From Octopus sinensis (lineage: Eukaryota): a stretch of 64,000 nt of DNA. The stretch spans positions 41,788,001 through 41,852,000 of the forward strand of contig NC_043004.1 in assembly GCF_006345805.1 (NCBI RefSeq), written 5' to 3'. Each line of letters starts with the position of its first letter. Positions within the stretch are counted from its first letter, which is position 1. The translations under genes and the position numbers were made by a program. Shown here in pieces: positions 40,039 to 52,229 of the stretch. The notes beneath the pieces were generated by a model, which did not search any database, was not told the DNA's origin, and saw only the letters and a list, made by a program, of their open reading frames with translations.

Positions 40039-40100
40039 TTATTTTAACTACAATTAAACTATTGTTGCTCCATTACTTTTCTTATCTGTATATATATATA

Positions 40101-40155
<55 letters not shown>

Positions 40156-40169
40156 AGATATATATCGTT

Positions 40170-41257
40170 TGTCTTCTATTGAAACAATAGAAAGCACTAG
40201 ATAAAGCCTTTCGGCCAAACACCAGAGTGATAATTAACGCCTGGAAGAAATCTTCAAATGGATATAAGAAAATAATTAGTGAGAGGAGAAAAGTTGACCA
40301 GCACGTTAGGCGAAAAGGCAGAGAACAGAAAATCAGTCAAGGGTCAGGTGTGGGCAACGGATAGAAGGGAAGTAGGATGAGAGAGAAGGAGAGAGAGAGT
40401 AGAGGGAAGGAGATGAGAAAGTCTACAATTAAGTGTGAGAAGACGAGAGAGAGAGAGAGTGAGGAAGTTGGGATGCAAGAAAAGGAAAATTAGGACGAGT
40501 GAGAAAGAAAGAAAGAAAGGAAGAAAGAAAGAAAGGAAGATTTGCCAAAAAAACGTACAAACTTATTGTTAACAAAAGTCGGGATGCGTGGCGTTCAGTT
40601 AATTCATAAATGAAAAATGCATTAAATATTACAAAACGTATACGTGGGACAGAAAGAAGGACCTAATCAGTTATCGACCAAAAATGCTAATACCCAGTGT
40701 CGTGTCTTTAATTATAAGACTGGCCAAACACGAGAATCCCTACTTCCTCTCTCTCTCTCTCTCTCGTCTTTTCACAATTATAGACTTTCACCCTTCCTTC
40801 TCCTGTACTCTGTCTCTCTCTGTGCCATTCTCTTTCTCCCTCGCTCTCATCCCCTTTCCCTCCTATCTGCTGCCCACACCTAACCCGTGACTGATTTCCT
40901 ATTCTGTGCCTTTTCGCCACCGTACGCTTATACTAATTCTTTTCTTAAAATCCATTTGAGGATTTCTTCCAGGTGATAACCATCACTCTCGTGTTTGGCC
41001 GAAAGGCTTTATTTATTATCTTCGTCTATCGTTTCAAATTACATTTGCTTACTTTTGTACGTCCACCGTATATTGTTTTGGTTGCTCGAACCCTAATTCT
41101 ACGCGAATCTTGCGGGTGCCGACAATATACGAAGTTCTCAGTCTTATCGTTAAATGCTCAAAACTGGGTATTTTTGGTCGATAACTGAGGAATGATTTGG
41201 GTCCTTGTGTCTGTTTTACCTGTACGTTTTGTAATATTTAATGCATCTTTCATTTAT
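40170..41257. repeat. Compound degenerate inverted duplication between (TA)n runs
   Basis: ~40170-40480 is the reverse complement of ~40735-41040, and ~40605-40720 is the reverse complement of ~41140-41257. Confidence 0.8.
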
Positions 41258-42003
41258 ATATATATGTATATATATATATAACCACTCTTATATATATAAA
41301 GGACACATAAAGTATAGTTATTTTAATGCTCATCCAAAAATTGGACAAATATAAAATAAAGAGTTTATATTTTCGTGTTGAAAACAAAGGCAAGCATTCT
41401 GTTTAGCCAGTGCTCTCACTCGACACATAGTTGATAGAAACATCATTAGATGTTTCTCAACAAGTGAACGATTACAAACTAGAGAACGTCGGACCCTTCA
41501 CGACTCTGTTAAAGTCGAAAATACTCACAATTCGAAAGTAGAATCAGCGTGTGGAAGAAATTCAGAGAGCAAGGTGGACAATATTTTCTTGATACAAATA
41601 AGTGTATTTCCCATTTTTGTGTTTGTTGGTGTAGTATATTTTTATCTGTCTCAATATGTTGTATTTTTGCCCATCACCCATATTTATTTTTTTCGGTGTT
41701 GATAAAGAAATATCCGACAAGGGCGATGGGTTGGCAGAATTGTGCTATCTGTTCCATCTCAGAAACTGAAGGCAGTGACATATATGTCAGAATTGTGATA
41801 GACAGATAGTATCGGCAATTTGAAAAATCCATTGGAAACTTAGTTTCCTTAGTTCGGTCGAAAATTGACTGCCACGCCCCATACACACACACTTACATAC
41901 ACACACACACAGGCACACACACATACACACACTTATATTCGCACACATTCATCTTCTCGTTTTATAACGCCTTTTGAACTTTAATTACGTGTACCTGGGA
42001 TCG

Positions 42004-42043
<40 letters not shown>

Positions 42044-42424
42044 GGAGGCGCAATGGCCCAGTGGTTAGGGCAGCGGACTCGCGGTCATAGGATCGCGGTT
42101 TCGATTCCCAGACCGGGCATTGTGAGTGTTTATTGAGCGAAAACACCTAAAATCTCCACGAGGCTCCGGCAGGGGATGGTGGTGATCCCTGCTGTACTCT
42201 TTCACCACAACTTTCTCTCACTCTTACTTCCTGTTTCTGTGTACTGTATTTCAAAGGGCCGGCCTTGTCACTCTCTGTGTCACGCTGAACATCCCCGAGA
42301 ACTACGTTAAGGGTACACGTGTCTGTGGAGTGCTCAGCCACTTACACGTTAATTTCACGAGCAGGCTGTTCCGTTGATTCGGATCAACCGGAACCCTCGT
42401 CGTCGTAACCGACGGAGTGCTTCC
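42044..42424 (+). mobile_element. tRNA-derived SINE (OR-like head), tail type B, inserted in (TTA)n
   Basis: GGAGGCGCAATGGCCCAGTGGTTAGGGCAGCGGACTCGCGG head and shared core. Distinct tail ending CGTAACCGACGGAGTGCTTCC. Confidence 0.9.
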
Positions 42425-42459
42425 TTATTATCATTATCATTTATGGTTTCCTTTCATTA

Positions 42460-42945
42460 TAACTTTATTTCATCTGTCTTAGTACCGAACATGCCCCGGA
42501 GGCCAAGATTAGCATGGGCACTTTTGTTTTACTATGTATGCTAAAATTATCACCACATTTATTCCATTTTAGATGGATGGTGCTTTCCGTAGCATATAAG
42601 TTGTACCCATCAAAGTTATCTTTTGTGAAAGTACGGGGATTGGAGTTACCTGGGGTTTACTTAATATACTTCTTAGCCCCCTTGTTTATCATTCCAAACG
42701 CACCAATTACTACTGGTATTATCGTAGTACTAAGCTTCCACATTTGTGTGATTTCAATTTGAAGACCTTTATAGTGAGACAGCTTTTCGTATTCCTTTCT
42801 TGAGATATTTTGATCTTGTGGGACAGATATATCTATTAACAGACAAGTTCCTCTGTTGTAGTCCTTGATCACAATGTCTGGTCGATTGGAGTTAATTTTC
42901 TGTCTGTTTGTATTGGGAAGTTCCAATGTATTGGGAAGTTTCCTT
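42460..42945 (-). pseudogene. Dong/R4-clade retrotransposon 3' end (restriction-like endonuclease)
   Basis: HWNFPIQTDRK / INSNRPDIVIKD...CLLIDISVPQDQNISRKEYEKLSHYKGLQIEITQMW...IIPVVIGAFG. Ends toward a (TAA)n tract. Confidence 0.9.
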
Positions 42946-44539
42946 GGACGTTCTTCCGCTCGAAAGATTGCGTACGTCCTATTGCCTCGTCGTTGTCGTA
43001 ACCTTGCCGAAGTATGCTCAGTGTCTCTGTAGTAAACTTCCCAATTTGATGCAAAATTTCTTTGTTCCAATTTCCTGTCCATAACAAAAATCGCAGGCTA
43101 CAGTATACCCGTGATCACAAAAACAAAATTTCACAATTTGCCAAGTAAACCCAGCGATGTCTGTTTGGCACACTGTCTCATGAAGATCCCTGATATCTCT
43201 CACTGCGCAGGCAACAGTGTGCTGATATCTATTGGCGTGCAACAAAACTAGTCCAGGGACTTTGTGGTACCACCTCGTAAGTACCAGTCGAGCTCTTGGG
43301 TCGATGTTATCGACTAGGCCCGACCCCTAATATTTAAGTCCTTATGCCTATAGTAGAAAGGGCTATTAGGAGGGTGCATTTGCGAAATCATTAGGGGTTC
43401 GGAAAAATACATTATGGTATTCCACCTCGATAATACGCTACGGTCTGAGATCACGTTTGAGATTAACCCTAATCATGTCAAATTCGAATTTGCTCTTCAT
43501 TTCTCCGGGTTCGAAAAAATAAATTACCAATCGAGTACTGAGGTCAAATGCAACAACTTAAACTTTCTTTTCAATAGTTAACTATACCTAATTTAGAAAC
43601 AGCTATTAAGGACGATGGATTACCAGAATCGTTAGACCATACCTCGCATACCTCGCATACTTGTTCCGGTTTTTTTTGCATTCTGAGTTCAAATCCCGTT
43701 TAAGTCAACTTGTGCTTTCGGGGTCGAAAAATAGCGTACCAGTCAAACACTGAGGCATACTTAATTTGCTAATTACCGCACTAAAAATTTCTGGGCTAGT
43801 GCCTATGCAAAAAACAATCATCATTATTATAGCGGAACAATTTCGTTTTCTTTTCTATCTCTAGATCAAATGAAAGTGAGTGAAACAAGCCAACTAATAA
43901 TTTTATTAAAATACTATTGTCTCCAAGCTACACGAAGCATTTGGCAACAAAATCTTTTAGCTTTTTATCAGCCTGGAGTTTTCCGTTGTTTACATAAGAG
44001 AAAAAAGAACAATTTATCGTCCTTTTCACAACAGTAGAAAACTGCTCAACCTTGCTATTAGCATCTTATTTATATTTTTGCTTGCTAATTTGTAATATTC
44101 ATTTATTTATTTGCCTGAAGAGGGATAATTGAAGCATTTGGGTATACATGACATTTTACGGGAAATTTCTTAATAATTTTGTCTCTTATGTTTTTCGTTT
44201 TCTTAGTGAAAAATTAATTACTGACATCTTTAAGCTATCGCAAATTAAGGAGGCAATTTACTTCGCGATAACAAGTTGTATTTCTCTGGTGATTTCAGAG
44301 AATTACATTCTTTTAAATACATTACTAGATAGTTATCAGCTCTAACTGTTGTCACTAATTATTATAGTTGTCCAGGGAGCTGGGTTCGCTATCTGGCTTC
44401 AATTGTAACTAAAATCAATTTTAGTTCAATTACGTCAGGGATATCCATAAGGACAAAAGTAGAAAATTCGACACATTCTAGTGTCGCCCCCTTCGAAATA
44501 ATTAGAGATATTTGCAGCTCCTAAATAATATTGTTTAAT

Positions 44540-45570
44540 ACTTGAAGGGTAGTTTGTTTTAACAATCCCGAAAGGATGAGAGGTAAAGTCAACCTCGGCA
44601 GAATTTGAACTCACGAAGATTCGGAACATTTATTCCAACGTCAAACGTTTCTACCATTCTTAATGGTTTCTAATTTTAGCACAAGGCCAGCAATTTCCGG
44701 GGAGGTGGTAAGTTTATTACATTCACCCAAATGTTCAACTGGTACTTTATTTTATCAACCCCCAAACATTGAAAGGTAAAGTCGACTCCGCTGGAATTTA
44801 GACTCAGAACGTAAGAATAGATGAAATACCGCTAAGCATTTATACGTTCCGCTGTAATGATTCTGCCAGCTCGCCGCCATATATGAATTTTTGATAATAA
44901 CGCTTTCTAAAGCGACGAGCTGGCAGAACCAGTAGCATACCGGGCCGATGCTTAGCGGCGTTTTGTCCGTCTCCACATTCGGTGTTTGAATTCCGCCGAG
45001 GTCGACTTTGCCTTTCATCCCTTTCGGGGGTTGATAAAAATAGGTGTCAGTTGAAAACTGGGTCGATGTAATCGACTTAACCTTTCCCCGAAATTGCGGG
45101 CCTTATTTCAAAATTTGAAACTAGTAATACTGGTTGTAATTTAGGTACAAGATTCGCAGTTTGAGCGGAGAAGATTAGTCGCTAACCTCAATATCAAGTC
45201 TTGACTGCTACATTATGTTATCAACTCTGAAAGAATGACAGGCATAGTTGATCTCGATATTCGAACTCAGAATATGAACACGAAGAACCGAAACGAATAT
45301 AACACCTTAACGTTCCTAATAATCGACTACTCTCAAACATATTCGTAATGTTTTCAAATGTTGCCACAAGGTCAGCAATCTTAGAGTGATGTTGGAGGTG
45401 GTTATTCGATTATATCAATCCGATATGTTCAGCTAGCACATATTTTATCGAATTGAAAAGGATGAAAGCCAAAGCCGATCTGGGCGGAATTTGAACCCAG
45501 AACACAAAGGCGGGCGAAATGCCGCTAAGCATTTTGTCCGACGCACTAACGATACAGCCAGTGCCTGCCT
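44540..45570. mobile_element. Cluster of ~5 diverged Meta-like SINE copies on both strands (head-to-head pair at ~44878/44910)
   Basis: GGCGAGCTGGCAGAA heads and GAGGTCGACTTTGCCTTTCATCC cores in both orientations. Confidence 0.8.
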
Positions 45571-46256
45571 TTATGTTCATAATAATAGCGGTGTATCAAT
45601 GTGTCCTTTTTCAAGCTGAATTCACAATCAACTCACAATCGGTTTACAATGTGTTTATATTTTCCAGCTAAGCCGGTTCACTTAAATGCTACTGTGTGAA
45701 CTCTTTCTCTCAAACAGCGATCGAAGTCATTTATAAAAGTGTTTTCAAGATCACCTACGAAAAACAAAGCACAATAGAAAACGAGAACATAATTTGCTGA
45801 ATATGTACGTATAGACCGCGATCATGGAACTCTACTCACATCAGACACCGGAAATTCAAATGAGTATTTCTGAATTTCAAAATCGATAGGAACCGATAAA
45901 ACACAAATACACCTAAATAACCTGTTAATATACTTACCAATATCTTCATGAAAGAGCTTCCATGTCGTCTCTCAAACGTGCTCGAAACAGCAGCTAAGTT
46001 TCCCTTAAGTCACATTCCGGTAGTTTTGAAATAAAGGAACGAATTGAATAAGATTTTTAGGACACACGAACTGCACGTTAAGCGCACAGCCGAATCCTTA
46101 ATCTGAAAACTATATACGATCTCTATAAGCTAAAGTAACAATACACAGAAATGTCACCTTCCTATTCACGCATCTAAAGCTTTGAAAACCAGCCTTGACA
46201 TTAACAATACACCACGTTTCTTCTTCTAACATACAAAGGGATTCAAATTTTTGATA

Positions 46257-46608
46257 ATACATACATACATACATATATACATACATACATACGTACATAC
46301 ATACGTACGTACATACATACGTACGTACATACGTGCATGCATACATACATACATAAATACAAACATACATACATACAAACATACAAATATACATACGCGC
46401 AAACAAACAAACATACATACATACATACATACATACATACATACATACATACATACATACATACATACATACATACATACATACATACATACATACATAC
46501 ATAATACATACATACATACATACATACATACATACATACATACATACATACATACATACATACATACATACATACATACATACATACATACATACATACA
46601 TACATACA

Positions 46609-46637
<29 letters not shown>
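46257..46637. repeat. (ACAT)n microsatellite
   Basis: Direct reading. Confidence 0.98.
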
Positions 46638-46639
<2 letters not shown>

Positions 46640-46913
46640 GTGTGTGTCTGTCTGCAATAAATTGAGAAGTAGTGACAAGTCACAATTCTGTAAATGGTAA
46701 TGAATATTACAAGCTTAAAGCTAATTAGCGATCACCGTGTACTCATTAAAGAAAATAGTCAAGTATTAGGGCATATTAGCCCTCGACAGAAAGAGTGTTT
46801 TCCATACGCATGGGGCTCGAACCCATACCTGTCATTCTCGTGTCCGAGGAAGACCATCGTCGATCGTTCAGAACATTGCACACTCAAGCAGTACACCTGT
46901 GGATCTGCTGCTG

Positions 46914-47291
46914 TTGCTGTTGAGCGAACGGTCTTCGTCCCAGAGCTCGGAAGATGGGTTAAAGTCCGAAACGTTGTCCTTTGCTATTCGTAAGACCCGC
47001 AGAAGAGAAAGCAGGTCAACCCCCGACACCGAGAGCATCGACGGATGGATGAATGCGCATCCAGGCTCAGCGGTTGCGTAGGAAGTCGGGGACAAGAAAC
47101 AGGAAGAAAGAGTGAGAGTAAGTTGGTGCGAAAGAGTACAACAGGGGTCACCACCACCCCTTGCCGGAGCCTCATGGAGCTTTAGGTGTTTTCGCTCAAT
47201 AAACACACACAACGCCCGGTCTGGGAATCGAAACCACGATCCTCCGACCGCGAGTCCGCTGCCCTAACCATTGGGCCATTGCGCCTTCACT
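46914..47291 (-). mobile_element. tRNA-derived SINE (OR-like head), tail type C
   Basis: Same head and core as 42044, different tail. 14-bp TSD TGGATCTGCTGCTG at 46900-46913 and 47292-47305. Confidence 0.92.
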
Positions 47292-47607
47292 TGGATCTGC
47301 TGCTGAATAATGAGCCCATTTGTTGAGAAACAAACACGTACGCAAATATTGCAGACATAACTTCCCCCATTCTCTAGGAGCGAACAGGTCGCGGTCTTAA
47401 AGTGACGAAAATATTTTGACAAATTAAACTTAAATGTTGAAGTGAATCGAACGGCTTTTGTGTGTTTCTTAAATGGCTTACAAACACATTCCACGCTGCA
47501 ATTGTTTTCGTTTCAGCACACGATCTCAGATCAAATCACTTTCTATGCAGGTACATCTCCGTAAGTTCAATTCTGTTTGGAAAATACGATTTTTCTCGAA
47601 AATGCGA

Positions 47608-47645
<38 letters not shown>

Positions 47646-47761
47646 ATACACAAACACGCACACATGTTGATGCTTGTTTTTGTGGTCAGTTACAATGAAA
47701 AGTTTTACATTTATCTAATATGTTACTCTATACTTTTGCAGAGTACAAATATATTTATTCT

Positions 47762-47881
47762 TATACAAGAATGTTGTTGACAGTGACTTCGAAGATTCAG
47801 CTAGCTAAGTCATCGTCAACACTCCAAAGATGGCTTAGCTGGCCGAAACATCGAAATCACAGTCAAAAACATTCTTGTATA
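47762..47881. repeat. 53-bp-arm fold-back with a degenerate HHR-like core
   Basis: Arms 47762-47814 / 47829-47881. Right part reads CCAAAGA-TGGCT(TAGCT)GGCC-GAAACATC. Ends at a TA run. Confidence 0.75.
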
Positions 47882-47889
47882 TATATATT

Positions 47890-48335
47890 GGATCTTTTCG
47901 GTTTGAACGGCAGTTTTATCTATCGGTGCCATATGAAATTGTCACCCATAATTATGACCCTAGTATCGATCTATTGCATTTCAATCTATTTTAGGGTTAG
48001 GGTTAGTTAGGGTTAGATTTAGGGTTAGGGTTAGGGGTTAGAGTTAGGGTATCTTTTTTTCTTCACAAATGTAAATAAACCCAATATGTTTCTTAAACGA
48101 GGGACATATTACTATGGCACAGAATGTTTGTTACCTCAATAGACGCCATTGATTGGTTAAAATTGCAGAAATTGAAGAAAAAACAACAACAATTATCTTA
48201 CAAACTATAGAATATTCTCAATAAAGCCAAGAGAAAAAGATGTTTTATAAACACATTCTACCAGTATACGAAGTTTAAATTTTTTTAGTTACCTAGAAAT
48301 TATGTTAAAAACTGCCGTTCAAACCGAAAAGATCC
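47890..48335. mobile_element. Second copy of the TTAGGG-containing MITE
   Basis: Same TIRs and internal sequence as 1367-1806. Flanked by TATATATATT on both sides. Confidence 0.92.
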
Positions 48336-48436
48336 TATATATATTCTCACTGTAAACATTATCATTAAGATTAAGATAAAAAAATCATCCCCTCGAACAA
48401 GCCATCTCTACCCATTCTTTCATAATATATATATAT

Positions 48437-48467
<31 letters not shown>

Positions 48468-48498
48468 ATACAGTACAAGGACTTTCTCTATATTATTC

Positions 48499-48538
<40 letters not shown>

Positions 48539-48817
48539 ACATACATACGTATGTCCATATAAGTATGAAAATGCATATATATAATCATGCATAGCAGTCT
48601 GTCCCTCTGTATATATGAATGCATATATGTATGCTTGTATGTATGTATAGAAAGGAGGTTCCCTATAGTAACTTTCATTCGTATGACATTCATCAGACTG
48701 AACCTGGGCAGTAAACATTACTCTAAAAAAAATGCTCTAGGATCGAACCAAAAGTATCTAACTGCAAAGGAAGATGTTAAATAGAACACGATGTCTTCAC
48801 ATGCTTAGTGTCAAACA

Positions 48818-48872
<55 letters not shown>

Positions 48873-48973
48873 TTATATATTCCTTTATGTGTATATACAT
48901 AATATACACATGCTCACACATAATCACGTAGACACAGAAATTATATATATACATATACATATATATAATATAC

Positions 48974-49012
<39 letters not shown>

Positions 49013-49022
49013 CATATATATA

Positions 49023-49076
<54 letters not shown>

Positions 49077-49091
49077 TATATATATACACCC

Positions 49092-49128
<37 letters not shown>

Positions 49129-49135
49129 CATATAT

Positions 49136-49188
<53 letters not shown>

Positions 49189-49342
49189 CATATACAAAAG
49201 CAATAAAGATTCAAGTTAATTTAAATGAATTTACTTGAATATGGTACCTAACTTAGATGCACCAAAAAAAACTATACTGTTTTAACAATACAGTAATGTG
49301 GGGTGATTATAAGCGAGAAAGAAGCAACAAGAATGGATAGGT

Positions 49343-49432
49343 TTTTAGTACAATCGTTTCATACAAGGACAGGCTTTATTAAATGTTGCAAAATTACAGC
49401 ATACAAACGCGTCCCGTACTCATCAGCTAAAA
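49343..49432 (-). ncRNA. Hammerhead ribozyme with an extended stem II (intact core)
   Basis: Minus strand: TTTTAG-CTGATGA-GTACGGGAC...GTCCTTGTAT-GAAAC-GATT-GTA-CTAAAA. 6-bp stem I, GUA triplet. Confidence 0.82.
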
Positions 49433-50294
49433 TACATGTGAGTTCTTAGACATCCTAGTGGTTGAGGCTATACTCATGAAGTAATGTAGATAATTAAGTA
49501 ACATAAACAGATTTCCAAAGTTCATTAAAGTTCTTTAAAGATGATGTACAGTCTTATCACATAATTTTAAAAAAGTTTTAATAGCATCACAGAGAAGGTG
49601 ACCTAATCCATAGTGCACATATGAATTTCCAGAGATATGAGGAGGGATTACATACTCACAGACGACAAATTTATCCATTGTTAATCACAACGAGGTGGGT
49701 CTCAATTCCTGCTTATTAGCATTACAGAGAGGGTGAATTAATCCTTTGTATAGATGCACAATTTCCAATGGTGTAGATGTAAATTTCCAGAGAAATGAAG
49801 AGGAATTTCATATTCACAGGCGATAAATTTATCAATGGTTGAACACAATGAGGTAGGTATCAATTCTTGTTACCACCTCATTGTGTTCAACCATTGATAA
49901 ATTTATCGCCTGTGAATATGAAATTCTCTTCATTTCTCTGGAAATTTACATCTACACCATTGGAAATTGTGCATCTATACAAAGGATTAATTCACCCTCT
50001 CTGTAATGCTAATAAGCAGGAATTGAGACCCACCTCGTTGTGATTAACAATGGATAAATTTGTCGTCTGTGAGCATGTAATCCCTCCTCATATCTCTGGA
50101 ATTCATATGTGCACTATGGATTAGGTCACCTTCTCTGTGATGCTATTAAAACTTTTTAAAATTATGTGATAAGACTGTACATCATCTTTAAAGAACTTTA
50201 ATGAACTTTGGAAATCTGTTTATGTTACTTAATTATCTACATTACTTCATGAGTATAGCCTCAACCACTAGGATGTCTAGAGAACTCACATGTA

Positions 50295-50384
50295 TTTTAG
50301 CTGATGAGTACGGGACGCGTTTGTATGCTGTAATTTTTGCAACATTTAATAAAGCCTGTCCTTGTATGAACGATTGTACTAAAA
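50295..50384 (+). ncRNA. Mirror copy of the hammerhead (GAAAC read as GAAC)
   Basis: TTTTAG-CTGATGA-GTACGGGAC...GTCCTTGTAT-GAAC-GATTGTA-CTAAAA. Confidence 0.75.
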
Positions 50385-50500
50385 ACCTATCCATTCTTGT
50401 TGCTTCTTTCTCGCGTATATATACAATATATATATATACATATATATATAACATATATATATTATATATACATATATATACATATATATATATATTATAC

Positions 50501-50567
<67 letters not shown>

Positions 50568-50663
50568 GAGAGAGAGAGAGTGAGAGAGAAAGAAAAGTGA
50601 GAAAAAAAGACAGAGGGATTGAGAAAGGAGGGCAGAAAGTCAGGCACAGAAAGAGAGGAGACG

Positions 50664-50695
<32 letters not shown>

Positions 50696-51560
50696 AGAGA
50701 GAGAGACAAAGAGGGAGAGAGAGGAAGGAAGGAAAACATAAATGAATCACGTCACACATTCCGACATTCACCATCTTTGGAAACAATTTTCAAAACAAAA
50801 CCAAACCAAAATCAATGACACTTCATTAGAACGTTTTTCAGTTCTTAATATCTTTTATAGATCAACTCTTTTATATATTATTTTGAAAGGAAGTGAGGCT
50901 ACACACACACACACACACACATACACACACATATAAGTATATATAATACTATATTATATTTTTTGTATTTAATATTCTTTGCTCCTTTTGTAATTATATT
51001 TCTGTAATATTTATTATTTTTTGTGGGGGAATGGCGGGATAGGCTTTTTTATATTTTAAGCATTTACTTTTCACTTATTCATCAAACGAAACCAATAAAT
51101 TTTCAGAGCATTAAATTTATTATGGTCGTTAGAATTACTTTTTTTATTTGTCTGGCGTCAAAGATAATGATTTTTCTTTACATTTTAATTTTTAAATGTT
51201 GTCTTTATTTTTATTCTTTAGGGTTTTTATTTCCAGTAGAAAGGTATAAGGTCAGTGTTTGTAGATAACCGAGGTGTATTTAGTCGATCGAATTTAATAT
51301 TGCGGGTAATTATTTTATAGATCCTTAGATAAAATAATGGGCCAAATCGACCTTTGTGCTTTTCGAACTTGGGGCAAATAGAAGCGAATATAAAGTATGT
51401 AACAGGCGTAAGAATGACTATGGTTAAAAGTGTCGCTTTCTAAGCATGATATTTCGGGTTCGTTCATACTGCGCAGCACCTTCAGCACAAGTCTTTTACT
51501 ATAGCGATCAATCTAGTTGACAGAACCCGTGTGCAAAACCTGTCTTAGATATATATATAT

Positions 51561-51836
51561 TGGTAAAAACGGTAAGATAACAAAAGAAAGAGACCTCAAT
51601 ATTATGTAAATAGAGGAAATTTATCTGTAAAATAATATGTGACAATTATTCAATAGCCAAGATAAAACTCGGAGTTTCGGATGCCGAGGTGGAAATCCAC
51701 ATCATCTCTTCGGTTATCTGTTTTTTCAGATGGCCAGATAACCGAAGAGATGGTGTTGTGGATTTCCACCTCGGCATACGAAACCAAGAGTTTTATCTTG
51801 GCTATTGAATAATTGTCACATATTATTTTACAGATA
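51561..51836. repeat. Fold-back insert in (TA)n with ~100-bp arms (51622-51720 / 51735-51836), each carrying an HHR-like motif
   Basis: AGATAA-CCGAAGA-GATG...CAT(C/A)C-GAAAC...GTT-TTATCT at 51736-51798 (+) and 51660-51719 (-). Confidence 0.85.
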
Positions 51837-51846
51837 TATATATATA

Positions 51847-51936
<90 letters not shown>

Positions 51937-52229
51937 GGCTGGTTGAAAAGGAACACGTGTTGATATTTATAAGGAAAATAAGACAAAGTACAAAATGCTG
52001 AAATAATTTTATCATAAAGTTTCAGTCTTCGCAACTTTCTCAACTTGGAATAAAACATAAAAAAACATTAAATTGTGGAAAAATTAAATGAAATGCTTTT
52101 TAAAAATATTTCCATAGTTTTCAAATGCAAGGGACATTTTCCTATTTTCTATCTGTCTCTGTCTCTCTTTTTTATTCATGTGAGGTCTTGGTAGCAGGTA
52201 GAAGGTAGTAATCGCCCTAATATTTGATA

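Larger units (their letters stand above)
49313..50414. repeat. ~1.1-kb near-perfect palindrome (arms ~545 bp, 11-nt spacer at 49860-49870)
   Basis: 49313-49859 is the reverse complement of 49871-50414. Differences are mostly single-base indels. Confidence 0.97.

Noticed and set aside
46945-46980. HHR-like CGGAAGA...GAAACGTT inside the SINE tail (antisense)
   Set aside because: Core mismatch, weak stem II and no stem I.
50301-50320. CTGATGAGTACGGGAC read as a minimal HHR with an A-to-G edited GAAA
   Set aside because: GGGAC pairs with downstream GTCCT as part of a long stem II. The true GAAA box lies ~60 nt further on, so no editing signature is needed.
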